Origin: Thecamonas trahens ATCC 50062
Lineage: Eukaryota > Protista > Apusomonadida
Reading direction: 5' to 3'
NCBI RefSeq assembly: GCF_000142905.1
Contig: NW_013657679.1
Location: 572,114 to 636,113 of the forward strand
DNA length: 64,000 nucleotides
Shown here: positions 23,201-33,053 of the stretch, one piece after another
Numbering within the stretch: the first letter of the stretch is position 1
Layout of the letters: the number at the start of each line of letters is the position of its first letter
The notes under the pieces: model-generated
Told to the model about the DNA's origin: nothing
The model's database searches: none
The model's input: only the letters and a program-made list of their open reading frames with translations
Position numbers and translations under genes: made by a program

Positions 23201-24872
23201 ACTTATGAGCGACGAACGTGGGCGTGTGTGGTACCAGACCCACGCACTGATTCGCGAGGCTGTGCGTGTGGCTCTAGGTGGCGATGTTGTGAGCAATGGT
23301 GGGGTAGTGGCGAGTCGGCTGATCGGCGCGCGCGTGAAGTACGACGGTGAACGCGTTCCGGAGTTGGTGTTTGGCGAACTGGCCGACGTTCTGGAGACGG
23401 TCTGGCGGGCGAACTGGCCAGAAGCAGATGTATGGGTGTTGTCGGTTGGTGAGCGGCTGGCACACGCGCATGTCATGCTCGATCGCGTCATGGGGTGGGC
23501 CGACGCGGGAGTCGCGCGACATGACAAGGACGAATGCTCCCTGGTGTCATTCCGCAACTTGCGTGGCCGGGTCCACCAATCACGGGGCCAGTACGGTGAG
23601 GCGCTGGCCGAGTACCGTGCAGTGCTTGCTGTGGGCGAGCGGGAGGACGTACTCGGCCCCGAGCATCCATCGACGCTGACGACGCGGCACGGCATTGCTG
23701 GCGTGCTGGAAGCACAGGGCCAGTACGCCGAGGCGCTGGCCGAGTACCGTGCAGTGCTTGCTGTGCAAGAGCGGGAGGACGTACTCGGCCCCGAGCATCC
23801 ATCGACGCTGACGACGCGGCACAACATTGCTGTCGTGCTGGAAGCACAGGGCCAGTACGCCGAGGCGCTGGCCGAGTACCGTGCAGTGCTTGCTGTGCGC
23901 GAGCGGGAGGACGTACTCGGCCCCGAGCATCCATCGACGCTGACGACGCGGCACGGCATTGCTGGCGTGCTGGAAGCACAGGGCCAGTACGCCGAGGCGC
24001 TGGCCGAGTACCGTGCAGTGCTTGCTGTGCAAGAGCGGGAGGACGTACTCGGCCCCGAGCATCCATCGACGCTGACGACGCGGCACAACATTGCTGGCGT
24101 GCTGGAAGCACAGGGCCAGTACGCCGAGGCGCTGGCCGAGTAGCGTGCAGTGCTTGCTGTGCGCGAGCGGGATGACGTACTCGGCCCCGAGCATCCATCG
24201 ACGCTGACGACGCGGCACAACCTAGCCGTCGCTGCTCTTCTTGGTGGAAAGTCGCACGCGGCGCTTTCGCTGCGCTGTTTGATGGATCATGCTGGGATTG
24301 ATGACGCCCTCGTACTGGTAAGCTGTCTTGCAGTCGTGCACTGGAATGGTGCATGCGACATGGCGTCGACCGTCGCTCATCACTTTCCACATGTCCTTGA
24401 AACGCCTCTCGTTGGCGATACACAATCCGAGAGCACTTGGATTCTGACACACCTGATCCTTGCGGTTGTTCTTGTGGCAGGCAAGTTCCGTGATCATGCT
24501 GCCGCTGCCGACCACCTGGCTGCGGTTGTCGACCTCGTAGGCGATCGTGGGCTTCCTATTCATTCACGACTGCTCGACAACCTTGGGTTCTCGGCCTTGT
24601 GCTCTGCTCCAGACGTGCTGACTACAAGGATCCGCCGCTATCGCAAGGAGCACAGACGGCGCACGAAGCACGGTGAAGTGCTTGCTCCGCCTCCATTGTC
24701 ACTCGACGAGGTCATTGTTGCGCTTCGTGCGCGGTTTGGTGATGATGGCAGTGGTGTCGCCGAGGCCGAGCCAAGTGATCAGGCTAAGGGCAAGTCGAAG
24801 ATGAAGAGCAAGAGCAGGAACAAGAAGAAGAAGAAGGCCAAGAAGAAGAACAAGGGGCAGCGGCGACGATAA
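20289..24872 (+). CDS. NLR-like STAND protein: HEPN-HEPN - NB-ARC-like ATPase - TPR repeats; in-frame TAG at 24141-24143
   Basis: R-x4-H motifs RNWISH and RHNMAH; YVGR; Walker A GETGMGKT (22341-22364); Walker B WVLVVDDV (22599-22622); NLPLAV; YQTHALIRE; five 44-aa TPRs (LGPEHPSTLTTRH). The frame continues past the TAG to 24872. Start could be as far upstream as 20127. Confidence 0.85.
23585..24221 (+). repeat. Coding tandem repeat, ~4.8 x 132 bp (44-aa TPR units)
   Basis: Units start at 23585, 23717, 23849, 23981 and 24113; near-identical at the nucleotide level. Confidence 0.97.
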
Positions 24873-25153
24873 AACTGTATTGCCATCGACCGTCTCGCCA
24901 ACCCACGCGTCTATCCGCTTGCGCCATCACCGGCAAAGTTGAGAAGGGGGTACCTACCCAGCTGCCGATCTACCAATTGATGCCGTCGGTGTCGAGGCGA
25001 CTGGGGTAATAGGCGAATGATAGGGTGGCTTTAATGGCCCAGCTTCGTTGTCGTCCATCGCCCGCTGCCCGTGCGACCACCCGCCGACCAGCCACCAGCC
25101 ACGAGCCTTGGTGGACAAACACACTTGTCTTTGCGGCTGTCGACAGAGGGACC

Positions 25154-25228
25154 ATGCTGCGGATGACCCATATCAGCCTGCCTGTTCTGGGCCAGGCCTC
25201 TGCTGTACGGGGCGTGATGCAGCCTGTG

Positions 25229-25260
<32 letters not shown>

Positions 25261-25855
25261 CAGGGGGCCATCCCGGACCGACGCGGCGGAGGGGTGAAGC
25301 GGGGTCTGGGAGGGGGAACGGGGGGACTGACAGTGGATGGAGGTGTGGACCGGGGTGTAGCGGAGTGTGTCGAAGCGGGCAGCCAAGCCACTGCAGGTGC
25401 TGGTGGCCAAGGATGGAGTGGAGGTGGCCGGGCGGGCGCGGGTGCGCGGCGAGCGGGTCGGCGTGGCGGCTGGCTTTATGCGCAACAAGCTGTACCCTGC
25501 GGGCGATGCGGTGTATGACACCGAGGTCAACCGGGCGCTGTTTGCGCGCGAGGAGGCGATCGAGGCGGCGACCAAGGCGGCGGCTGGTGAGCGGGCTGCA
25601 CAGGCCGAGGCCAATGCGAGCGCGGCCAAGGCGGTGCTGGAGGTGGCGGCGGGCAAGGGCGAGCTTGCGGTCGCGCTGGAGCCCGGACGGAACGGCGCCA
25701 ACGTGTTTGGCGTGGCCAAGGCTGTCGGCGACGGTGCAGCTGGCGATGCGAGTCTGATCTCGCTGCTCGGCCTGCCCAAGGCTGTGCTCGGCCAGGGCGT
25801 GCACGAGGTGGCTATTGCCGGCTCGGCAGCCAAGCTGACGGTTCGGGTCGGGTGA
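25154..25855 (+). CDS. Mitochondrial ribosomal protein bL9-like, 2 exons (25154-25204, 25361-25855)
   Basis: L9 N-domain GERVGVAAGFMRNKLYPAGDAVYDTEVN. A phase-0 GTACGG...TAG intron gives a presequence-like MLRMTHISLPVLGQASARSVSKR. Confidence 0.8.
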
Positions 25856-25884
25856 GGTGCTTCGTAAACGATAGGGATCGCGAT

Positions 25885-27180
25885 TTATGCGCGACGTGGA
25901 TCGAGGAGCGCGGCGTGGGCGAGCGAGGCGAGATCCTGGAGTCGTGCGGCGCGGGAGGCGCGGGTGTGGGCGAGCGAGTCGACAAAGGCGATCTGGTCGT
26001 CGTCGAGGACCAGCGCCGACCACTGCGCGGCAGCGGTGTCGCAGGAGAACGGCCGCAACGGAGCAAGCTGAAAGGCGTCGTCGGGAGCAGACGTGTTGGC
26101 GGAGACGGCGAGGCGCGTGGCGCGGTCACGCTGCAGGGTGGCCACAAAGATGGCGGCAAGCGAAGCCGGCGTAGTGAGCAGGACCGAGAGGATCTCCTTC
26201 TTGGTCGCCACCACCCGGCGGCGGCGCTCGGCGTCAGCAGGCGTGTCATCGGCAGCTGCCTCGGCAGCCGCCTCAGCAGTGAGTGCGGTGATCTGTACGA
26301 GGAGCTGCGAGATGCGAGTCGAGGAGAAAGCGACGCGGATGCGCCACCCGAGGACAGCAGCAGCAAGGCGGTCAGTCGAGCTCGGGGCAAGCGCCTTGTC
26401 CTGGCGCGGCGTCTCGTCGTCTGACCAGGCCACAGCGGCCGTAAAGTCAGCGGCACCCGACGATGACTCGAACACGTCGGAGATATCCGCGGTGACAGCG
26501 GCGCCAGCGATGGAGGCAGAATCCGAGTCCGACGTGGTGGGGTGTGGCTCGGCATGGGTGTCTGGCCAAGCCACGTCGTCCACGCCAGCATCCGCTCGCC
26601 GCCACGACTCGCCAGCCGACGCCAGGCAGTCGACACCGACAGGCGCACCGTCCACACTGCCGCCTGCACCAGCATCCACCCGCTGCCAAGACTCGCAAGC
26701 CGCATCCAGGTGAGCAATATCAAGCCCGTCGTCTCCAGCCTCCGACCCGTCGTCTGCGCCAGCATCCGCTCGCCGCCACGACTCGCCAGCCGCCGCCAGG
26801 CAGTCGACACCGACAGGCACGCCGTCCACGCTGCCGTCCATGCTGCCGTCTGCGCCAGTATCCGCTCGCCGCCAAGCACTTGCACCTTCCACCACATCTC
26901 CAGCCCCAGCCCCAGCCTCCGACCTCTCCTCCGACCCGACACTGTTGTCGGCCTCGGCGCCACCCTCACCGCCCTGGCCACTCTCACCCCGCCGCCACCC
27001 GGCTGCTGCAGCCACAATCGCATCCATCCCCAATCCCTCCTCCATCCCGCCATGCCCACTGCCGCTGGCGTCTCTCTCGTCGCCTTCCATTCCGCCGCTC
27101 GACTGCACAACCACGCGACGAGTGCTTCGCCCGCCGGCTGCTACCTCGCTCCATCGCTCCCGCGCGCCATGGGATCCCAT
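25885..27180 (-). CDS. Hypothetical protein with acidic internal repeats
   Basis: 431-aa ORF; repeated (E)SW(R/Q)R(A/V)DAGA and DGxPVGVDCLA units; helical C-terminal half. Confidence 0.5.
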   Translation of the reverse strand: MGSHGARERWSEVAAGGRSTRRVVVQSSGGMEGDERDASGSGHGGMEEGLGMDAIVAAAAGWRRGESGQGGEGGAEADNSVGSEERSEAGAGAGDVVEGASAWRRADTGADGSMDGSVDGVPVGVDCLAAAGESWRRADAGADDGSEAGDDGLDIAHLDAACESWQRVDAGAGGSVDGAPVGVDCLASAGESWRRADAGVDDVAWPDTHAEPHPTTSDSDSASIAGAAVTADISDVFESSSGAADFTAAVAWSDDETPRQDKALAPSSTDRLAAAVLGWRIRVAFSSTRISQLLVQITALTAEAAAEAAADDTPADAERRRRVVATKKEILSVLLTTPASLAAIFVATLQRDRATRLAVSANTSAPDDAFQLAPLRPFSCDTAAAQWSALVLDDDQIAFVDSLAHTRASRAARLQDLASLAHAALLDPRRA

Positions 27181-27199
27181 CGTTTATCCCCACACCACC

Positions 27200-27931
27200 T
27201 CACATGACGTTCCAATCGCCGGTCTTGCGGTACTCAACAAGGACACGCCGTGCTGCGCGGGCTACCCTTTTGTCGGCGTCGTTGTGGAGGATCTCGATGG
27301 CGGCGATGACGTCGGCTTCGAGGCGGAGCGGCGAGCCGTCGCAGAGGTTGTGAAGAACCTGGTAGCGGACGTCCGGATCGGGGTCGTTCACCATGGCCAT
27401 GATGCGCTTCCAGAACACGTCGATGTCCTTCTTGACGTGGCAGGGGCAGAGCTCGCGGAGTGCCAGCCGTCGTTCGCGCGCATCGACCGCACGAGTGCCC
27501 TCCATGAACACCTCGAGGCTAACCGCGCACGAGCCGCTGGCCTCGGCAACCCGGTCGTTCACCTCACCAAGCGAGAGCGGCTTGCCCGAAACAGAGTCGA
27601 CGCACGCGAGGGCGTACGGATGGCTGCTGTCGGCGATGGCGATCGAGGCGGCTGGTTGGCTCTCGGCTCGCGCGCAGGACGCGGCAGCCACGCTCGCCTG
27701 CGCGGCGCGGAGCACAAACTCGGCCGCGGCGGCCACCGCAGTGTCTTCGTCGACGCCGGCGTCAGCGAGAAGCTCGCTAAATGCATCCATCCAGTCGGCA
27801 GGCACCGATGGCTCGTCGGCGGCCTCGGCAATCAGCACTGCCAGTGCCTCCATCAGACCGGCCTCTGCCGGCGGAGCGCGCGAGAGCACGTGCGAGAAGA
27901 CATCAGACGCTAGATCCAAACTCACCTCCAT
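27200..27931 (-). CDS. HEAT-repeat protein with CPCH motif
   Basis: LRELCPCHVKKDIDVFW, MVNDPDPDVRYQVLHNLCDGSP and LHNDADKRVARAAR are HEAT-like repeats. Confidence 0.75.
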   Translation of the reverse strand: MEVSLDLASDVFSHVLSRAPPAEAGLMEALAVLIAEAADEPSVPADWMDAFSELLADAGVDEDTAVAAAAEFVLRAAQASVAAASCARAESQPAASIAIADSSHPYALACVDSVSGKPLSLGEVNDRVAEASGSCAVSLEVFMEGTRAVDARERRLALRELCPCHVKKDIDVFWKRIMAMVNDPDPDVRYQVLHNLCDGSPLRLEADVIAAIEILHNDADKRVARAARRVLVEYRKTGDWNVM

Positions 27932-28138
27932 GGCTACAGAATGTATGCTCAAAAGGAATGTGCACTCGGGTTTCACTCGGCCGCGCGCAGTATGCGACGC
28001 GGTTTTGCCGCGACGGCAGTCGGAATGGTCGGAAGGCTTCGGCGTGTGGAATACTCGGCCGAGCTGGTTGCCTGGCAACGGGCGAGCCAGCGACTCGAGA
28101 CGGCACGACGCGATGAGGGCGGCACGTTTTGGGGACGA

Positions 28139-28616
28139 CTACGAGGAGGATGCGGGCGCGTCGGCATCTGTCGGCTTCTCCGGGTTGTGCTTGAGAAGGT
28201 AGAGGGCGAGGTACTCGACGGGGTTGACAGGCCGCTCCTTGACCAGCTGGTTCATGCCCTGCAGCAGCAGCGGGACGACCGTCTGCTCCAAGTACGCCCG
28301 CACGCCTGCGCCTTCTGGGTTGATCGACTCTTTGACTGCCAGCGGCGCCACCATCGACGGCAGCACCATCGCCGGAGCCACCGTCTCTCCGCCGGTTGCC
28401 GTCGTCGTCTCGTCGCCCTCGGTCGTAGCCGCAGGCACCGGGTTGGGATCGCCTGCCCACAGGAGAAGAAGGGGAGGAAGGGGAGAGGGTGTGAGTGAGA
28501 TGGAAGGGAGGGCGGGGAAGGGAGGGAGGGGGGGAGGGGGGTCAAGGGGGTCAGGGCGGGGCGGGGCAAGACGGAGGCGGGGCAGTGTGCTGCGGACAGG
28601 CCTGGGCCGTACTCAT
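28139..28616 (-). CDS. DPY30: Dpy-30 (COMPASS subunit), 2 exons (28616-28613, 28452-28139)
   Basis: [41 protein letters not shown] 4-nt first exon ATGA plus a GTACGG...CAG intron gives MSDPNPVP. Confidence 0.9.
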
Positions 28617-29074
28617 GGTATGAGGGAGGTTGAGGAAGGTAAGGGTGTGGAGAAGATGTGTCTGTGTGTGGGGGGAGGGGGGAGTGTGGGGAGGGGAGAG
28701 GAGGAGGGAGGGTGAGGGGAGAGAGGTATGGGGAAAGGGAGCCCTGTCGCAATGGTGTGTGGGCTGCCGGTGGTGGTGGTTGGTGGTGGTTGGTGGTGGT
28801 TGGTGGTGGTTGGTGGGCAAGGACCAAACTTGGGCGCAAAGTTGGGCGCCAACTCGGGCGCGCCAAGGTCACCGCCACTGGCTTCCCGCCACCGCTCTCC
28901 CTCTTTCCCGCCACCAGTACCCCGCCACACCACCACTACACACATACGCATACACATACGCACCCACACCCACACACACAAACACACACATTTATACATA
29001 CATACACACATACACACATACACACACACGCACACACACGCATATACATACCCCCCCTTCCCAGCACCCTCACC

Positions 29075-30811
29075 ATGGCACAGGTACGCCTCTTCCGCTC
29101 CTCCTCCCCCGCTCCCCTCCCAGCCCCTCCCCGCCCCCTTCACTCACACACTGTGCAACAACAGCATACACCGGTGCCGCGGCTATCGCTGGAGTTTGCC
29201 AAGGTGGAGTACCAGCTCAAGCTGGCGCTGCAAGCGACGACGGTGGAGCTGGACGAGGTGGCGGCCATCGGCAACCCAAACCTCTCGCTGGCCTTTGAGG
29301 CCCGGGCGGCCGAGATGATGACGCTGTACGCATGGGTCGACGCCGCGCTGGTGGGCGATCTCAACTCGGTGGACGAGGTCATGGCGCGCGGGTTCCGGTT
29401 CCAGGACGCTGGCATGCTGTTTGCTGTCGGCTCTATCGTCATTCCCGACGGCGCGCCGCGCGACCACCAGTACATGCTCTGCAAGATTGCCGTGGGGCGG
29501 TCGTACGTGGTGGAGGAAGAGGCGCTGCAGGCGGCGCGGGTCGAGATCCCCGAAGGCTACGACTCGATCTATGTCCACTCGGCGGCGTCTGAGGAGGCGC
29601 ACGTGTACCACCACGAGTACCTGCTGCAGGACCCGGCCCAGGTCCTCCCGCTCTTCCTCGTCAACTTTAAGTTTGACCCCGCGTCCGAGGCTGCAGCCGG
29701 TGTCACGCTGTGCGAAGTGTGCGAGGAGGCCGAGGCCACGCTCTACTGTCAGCAGGACGACGCGCGGCTGTGCAAGGAGTGCGACGCCGAGATCCACTCG
29801 GCCAACAAGCTTGTCCAGCGCCACACGCGCTCGGAGCTCGGCGCCGTTCCGCTCGCCTTTGGCGACTGCGCCTACCACCCAGGCAACTCGGTTGAGTACT
29901 TTTGCCCCATCGACCACGTCCCGGTCTGCGTCCACTGCAAGATGATCGGCTCGCACGCCTCGGGCGAGGCCGCCTCGCACAAGCTCATCACCATCCGCGA
30001 GGCCTATGCCGCCGCCCTCGACGCCGCCAACCGCGACGACCCGACCGTTGGCTCCAAGCGCTCCGACATTCTGAAGAAGCTCTCCGGCATCGACTCGTCC
30101 CTCCGCGCCGTCCAGGCCAACGCCGCCGCCGCCGAGGAGCGCATTTACGAGCTCCTCCAGGCTGCGCTCTTCCAACTGCAGGTCTCGACCCAGGCCAAGC
30201 TCGCCCTCCTCCTCGGCGACGAGCTCGAGATGCGGCGCCAGCTCGGTGAGCTCGAGCACATGGACGCGTTCCTCACCTACCAGCGCTCGGTCCTCAAGCC
30301 GACCAACTTTCTCGAGGCCTGGAACAAGCACCTGCTCCTCCGCGCCGAGATCCACGACACTGCGCCCGAGTCGCTCCGCCCGCTCTCGGACGTCCAGGCC
30401 GACCTGCAGGTGGTTGGCGAGGTGGTTGTCACCACCGCCTCGGCCCAGGGCCCGGGCCAAGGCATGCCGCCGGTGGATCACGCCCGTGCCGCCCACGACC
30501 TCGACATGCGCGCCATGCTCGCCTCCAAGGCCTCGTCCAACTTTCGCGCCCTCGTCTTCCGCGACTCGCCGGCCCGGGTCCCCGACCCGGCCGACCGCAA
30601 CCCGGCCGCTGCTATCGAGTCGTCCATGATTGCTGCTGGCGACCTCGGCCGCTCCGACTACGGCCCGCGCCACGACGACTCGGTCCTCCGCGCCCACAAC
30701 GATTCGATGCTCTCGTCGGTCCCGCACTCGGCCGCAAAGCCGGTCGTCAAGTCGACCACTGACCTCTGGTCCGAGTCGCTCAACCGCCACTTTGCCGCCC
30801 ACCCGCGCTGA
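29075..30811 (+). CDS. Degenerate PARP/ART-fold domain + two B-box zinc fingers + coiled coil; probable intron 29084-29164
   Basis: PARP-like NPNLSLAFE, RGF, MLCKIAVG, GYDS, HEYLLQDPAQVLP; B-box1 CEVCEE..YCQQDDARLCKECDAEIH..HTR; B-box2 CAYH..YFCPIDHVPVCVHC..H..HKL; coiled coil. Confidence 0.8.
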   Translation: MAQVRLFRSSSPAPLPAPPRPLHSHTVQQQHTPVPRLSLEFAKVEYQLKLALQATTVELDEVAAIGNPNLSLAFEARAAEMMTLYAWVDAALVGDLNSVDEVMARGFRFQDAGMLFAVGSIVIPDGAPRDHQYMLCKIAVGRSYVVEEEALQAARVEIPEGYDSIYVHSAASEEAHVYHHEYLLQDPAQVLPLFLVNFKFDPASEAAAGVTLCEVCEEAEATLYCQQDDARLCKECDAEIHSANKLVQRHTRSELGAVPLAFGDCAYHPGNSVEYFCPIDHVPVCVHCKMIGSHASGEAASHKLITIREAYAAALDAANRDDPTVGSKRSDILKKLSGIDSSLRAVQANAAAAEERIYELLQAALFQLQVSTQAKLALLLGDELEMRRQLGELEHMDAFLTYQRSVLKPTNFLEAWNKHLLLRAEIHDTAPESLRPLSDVQADLQVVGEVVVTTASAQGPGQGMPPVDHARAAHDLDMRAMLASKASSNFRALVFRDSPARVPDPADRNPAAAIESSMIAAGDLGRSDYGPRHDDSVLRAHNDSMLSSVPHSAAKPVVKSTTDLWSESLNRHFAAHPR

Positions 30812-30856
30812 CCACCGGCCCCGGAACCCTCCCCTCTCCCCCCTTTCCCCCTCCCG

Positions 30857-31284
30857 TCAAACAGGCTCGACGCCCTGCGCAAGTGTCTCAGGAAGCTCCA
30901 GCCAGCCCATCGCCCACGCCAACACGCCCACGGCGGCGGCCACCACACCGGCCACCACCGCCGTCCGCCGAGCTTCGCCCATCACCTTGCTCTGCGCCGC
31001 CCGATTCTCTGCCAGCTGAGCCTCCAGCACAGGGATCTGCTCCTCCAAGTGTCGATAGCTGCACTCCCCGCACCCCAGACCATCCACAGCCATCGACGCC
31101 ATCATCCACACGTGAGTCCTTCCCCCCCCCCCCCCCCTTGCCGCCCAGACCGTGATCCCCTCTCTCCCCTCTCCTCTGCACCGTACTGCAGCTTGGACTC
31201 TGTCCTGGCCATACGGACTCTCGCATTGTGGACCTCCTTCTCCAGCCTATTCTCCTCCTTCCGCAATGCCTCCAGTCCGTCCAT
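30857..31284 (-). CDS. Small tail-anchored coiled-coil protein (~99 aa), 2 exons (31284-31187, 31058-30857)
   Basis: A GTACGG...CAG intron joins MDGLEALRKEENRLEKEV... in frame to ...TAVVAGVVAAAVGVLAWAMGW. Confidence 0.65.
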
Positions 31285-31474
31285 GGCTCTGTAACAAGTC
31301 GAGTGATGGCGAGGCGAGTGCGAGAGAGGCCGCCAGAGGTGGTCGAGGTGGCCAGGGTGAGTGACGGGCAGAGCTGGCGACCGGTCACCGCAACAGTCAC
31401 AGCCTCAGTCACAACCATACTCATCTCGTTGAAGACGTGGGTGTCAATTAGAGGAGCGCGAGTTTGTTCGTGAC

Positions 31475-33007
31475 ATGGGGAACAACGCAGGAAAGCCGGC
31501 GGGTGGGTCTGCTGGGGCGGCGGGTGGCGGTGGCGGCGGGACAGACCGGCGGCGGGAAGAGGCCAAGACGCCGACAGGGACGGTGGTCGCAGACGAATCG
31601 GAACGTGGTCTGCACTCGGAGATCGGCGGGAGACAATTGGAGCGCCGGAAAGAGGCAGGGAGATCGCTGCCGGGTGATGTTGGAGACTCGGGCCTGCCGA
31701 CCATCGTCTGCGCGGCGTGTCGAGAGGCTGTTCCGATGGACTCGCTGGAGAGCCACTCGGCGACGTGTGTCCCGCAAAGGAGGCGCGGGTCGCGGAAGAG
31801 CTCGATGAGCTCGCGACCCAGGGCGACAAGCTCGGGCGGTGAGAGGAGCGGAAGCGAGAGCAGGAGCGAGAGCGAGGCGGCTGCGGATGGCGACGGCGCG
31901 ATCGAGTCGAGCAGCGATGGGTGCTGCGGCGACGCAGCCGATTGGCGAGCCACGGTGTCCGAGGCCACTGTGGCCGAGGTAGACGACGCGGCGTTGGCGC
32001 TTGTGGAGGCACTGGTGAGCGCAGTGTCCGAGTGGGCAACCGACGGCGCGGTGGCGCCGGATCCTGTGCTGGAGGCGCTGGAGGCGTTTGCGGCGGCGCT
32101 GCCGGCGGCCTCTGCGGCGCAGGCTGCTGCCCATCCGCTTGTGTGCATTGTGTCACTGCTGACCGACGCGCTGGCGACGTGTGCGGGAAAAAGAGCATCG
32201 AACGCGGCTTACCTCGCGCAGGGCATTGTCGATCTCTGCGCTCTGAGTGTCCAAGCGCTTCGGGCGGCAGTCCTGCGGCAGTCGGCGGAGCTCACTGCCC
32301 GGCAGGAGAAGCTGATGGAGACGCTCGCCGAGTTTGTGCCGCTTGTGCCATCGGTCACCTACGCTGAGGTCTCGCGGGCGCTTGATGATGACCCCGAGTA
32401 TCTGCAGGCCACCTTTGCGGCACTCCTTGTCACGTCACCGGCAACACTGGTGTCGGCCGAGGATGAGGCTGAGCCGTCACCGGTGCCGCTGCCCGAGCTC
32501 GCGGCATCGCTCTCGCTGGATGAGGCCAGCAGTGACAGCGAGGAGCCGTGCGATGGTTCAAGCGACAAGGCGTTGAGTGTCGAGTCGGCCGCCGAGGCGG
32601 GAGACGAGCTGGATGCGGCGTCGCTCTCGGCCGAAAGTCGCGGTGAAGAGTCGCTGTCAGAAAGCGGCGGCGACAAGCCGAATGCACCGTCGCTCTCGGC
32701 CGAGAGCAGCGACGAGAAGTCATTGTCGGAGCGCAGTGATGGCGCTACGGCGCCGGCGGTTGTGGTTGCGGCGCCGACCACCACAGTAGGTAGTGGCGGT
32801 GATGCTGCTGTGCTGCTCCCTGCCCTGCACGACTCGGACGATGAGTTCTTTTCGTGTGCGACGGTGGCGCCTGGTGTGGGCGGGTACCTCGCGAGCGCGC
32901 CCGATGGTGGGTTTGGCATGGCTGTGGTCGCAACGCGCGCGCCGTCGCTAGAGTGGGAGCTCGATGCGTTTGACGCTGCGCCGACGCCAACGCCGGATCA
33001 TCCGTAG
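31475..33007 (+). CDS. Putatively N-myristoylated protein with C2HC zinc finger and acidic Ser-rich tail
   Basis: MGNNAGK start; CAACREAVPMDSLESHSATC; repeated (A/S)LS(A/V)ES units. Confidence 0.6.
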   Translation: MGNNAGKPAGGSAGAAGGGGGGTDRRREEAKTPTGTVVADESERGLHSEIGGRQLERRKEAGRSLPGDVGDSGLPTIVCAACREAVPMDSLESHSATCVPQRRRGSRKSSMSSRPRATSSGGERSGSESRSESEAAADGDGAIESSSDGCCGDAADWRATVSEATVAEVDDAALALVEALVSAVSEWATDGAVAPDPVLEALEAFAAALPAASAAQAAAHPLVCIVSLLTDALATCAGKRASNAAYLAQGIVDLCALSVQALRAAVLRQSAELTARQEKLMETLAEFVPLVPSVTYAEVSRALDDDPEYLQATFAALLVTSPATLVSAEDEAEPSPVPLPELAASLSLDEASSDSEEPCDGSSDKALSVESAAEAGDELDAASLSAESRGEESLSESGGDKPNAPSLSAESSDEKSLSERSDGATAPAVVVAAPTTTVGSGGDAAVLLPALHDSDDEFFSCATVAPGVGGYLASAPDGGFGMAVVATRAPSLEWELDAFDAAPTPTPDHP

Positions 33008-33053
33008 TGCGTCTGGAGTGTCTGTCTGTGTTTACCAACGCATGTGCGCTCGA

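Noticed and set aside
24141-24143. TAG codon reassignment (alternative genetic code)
   Set aside because: TAG terminates conserved genes at their expected ends (NDC1, HID1, CatSper) and occurs in frame only once.
23585-24221. CRISPR-like array
   Set aside because: Units are contiguous 132-bp in-frame coding repeats with no unique spacers, and there are no cas genes.
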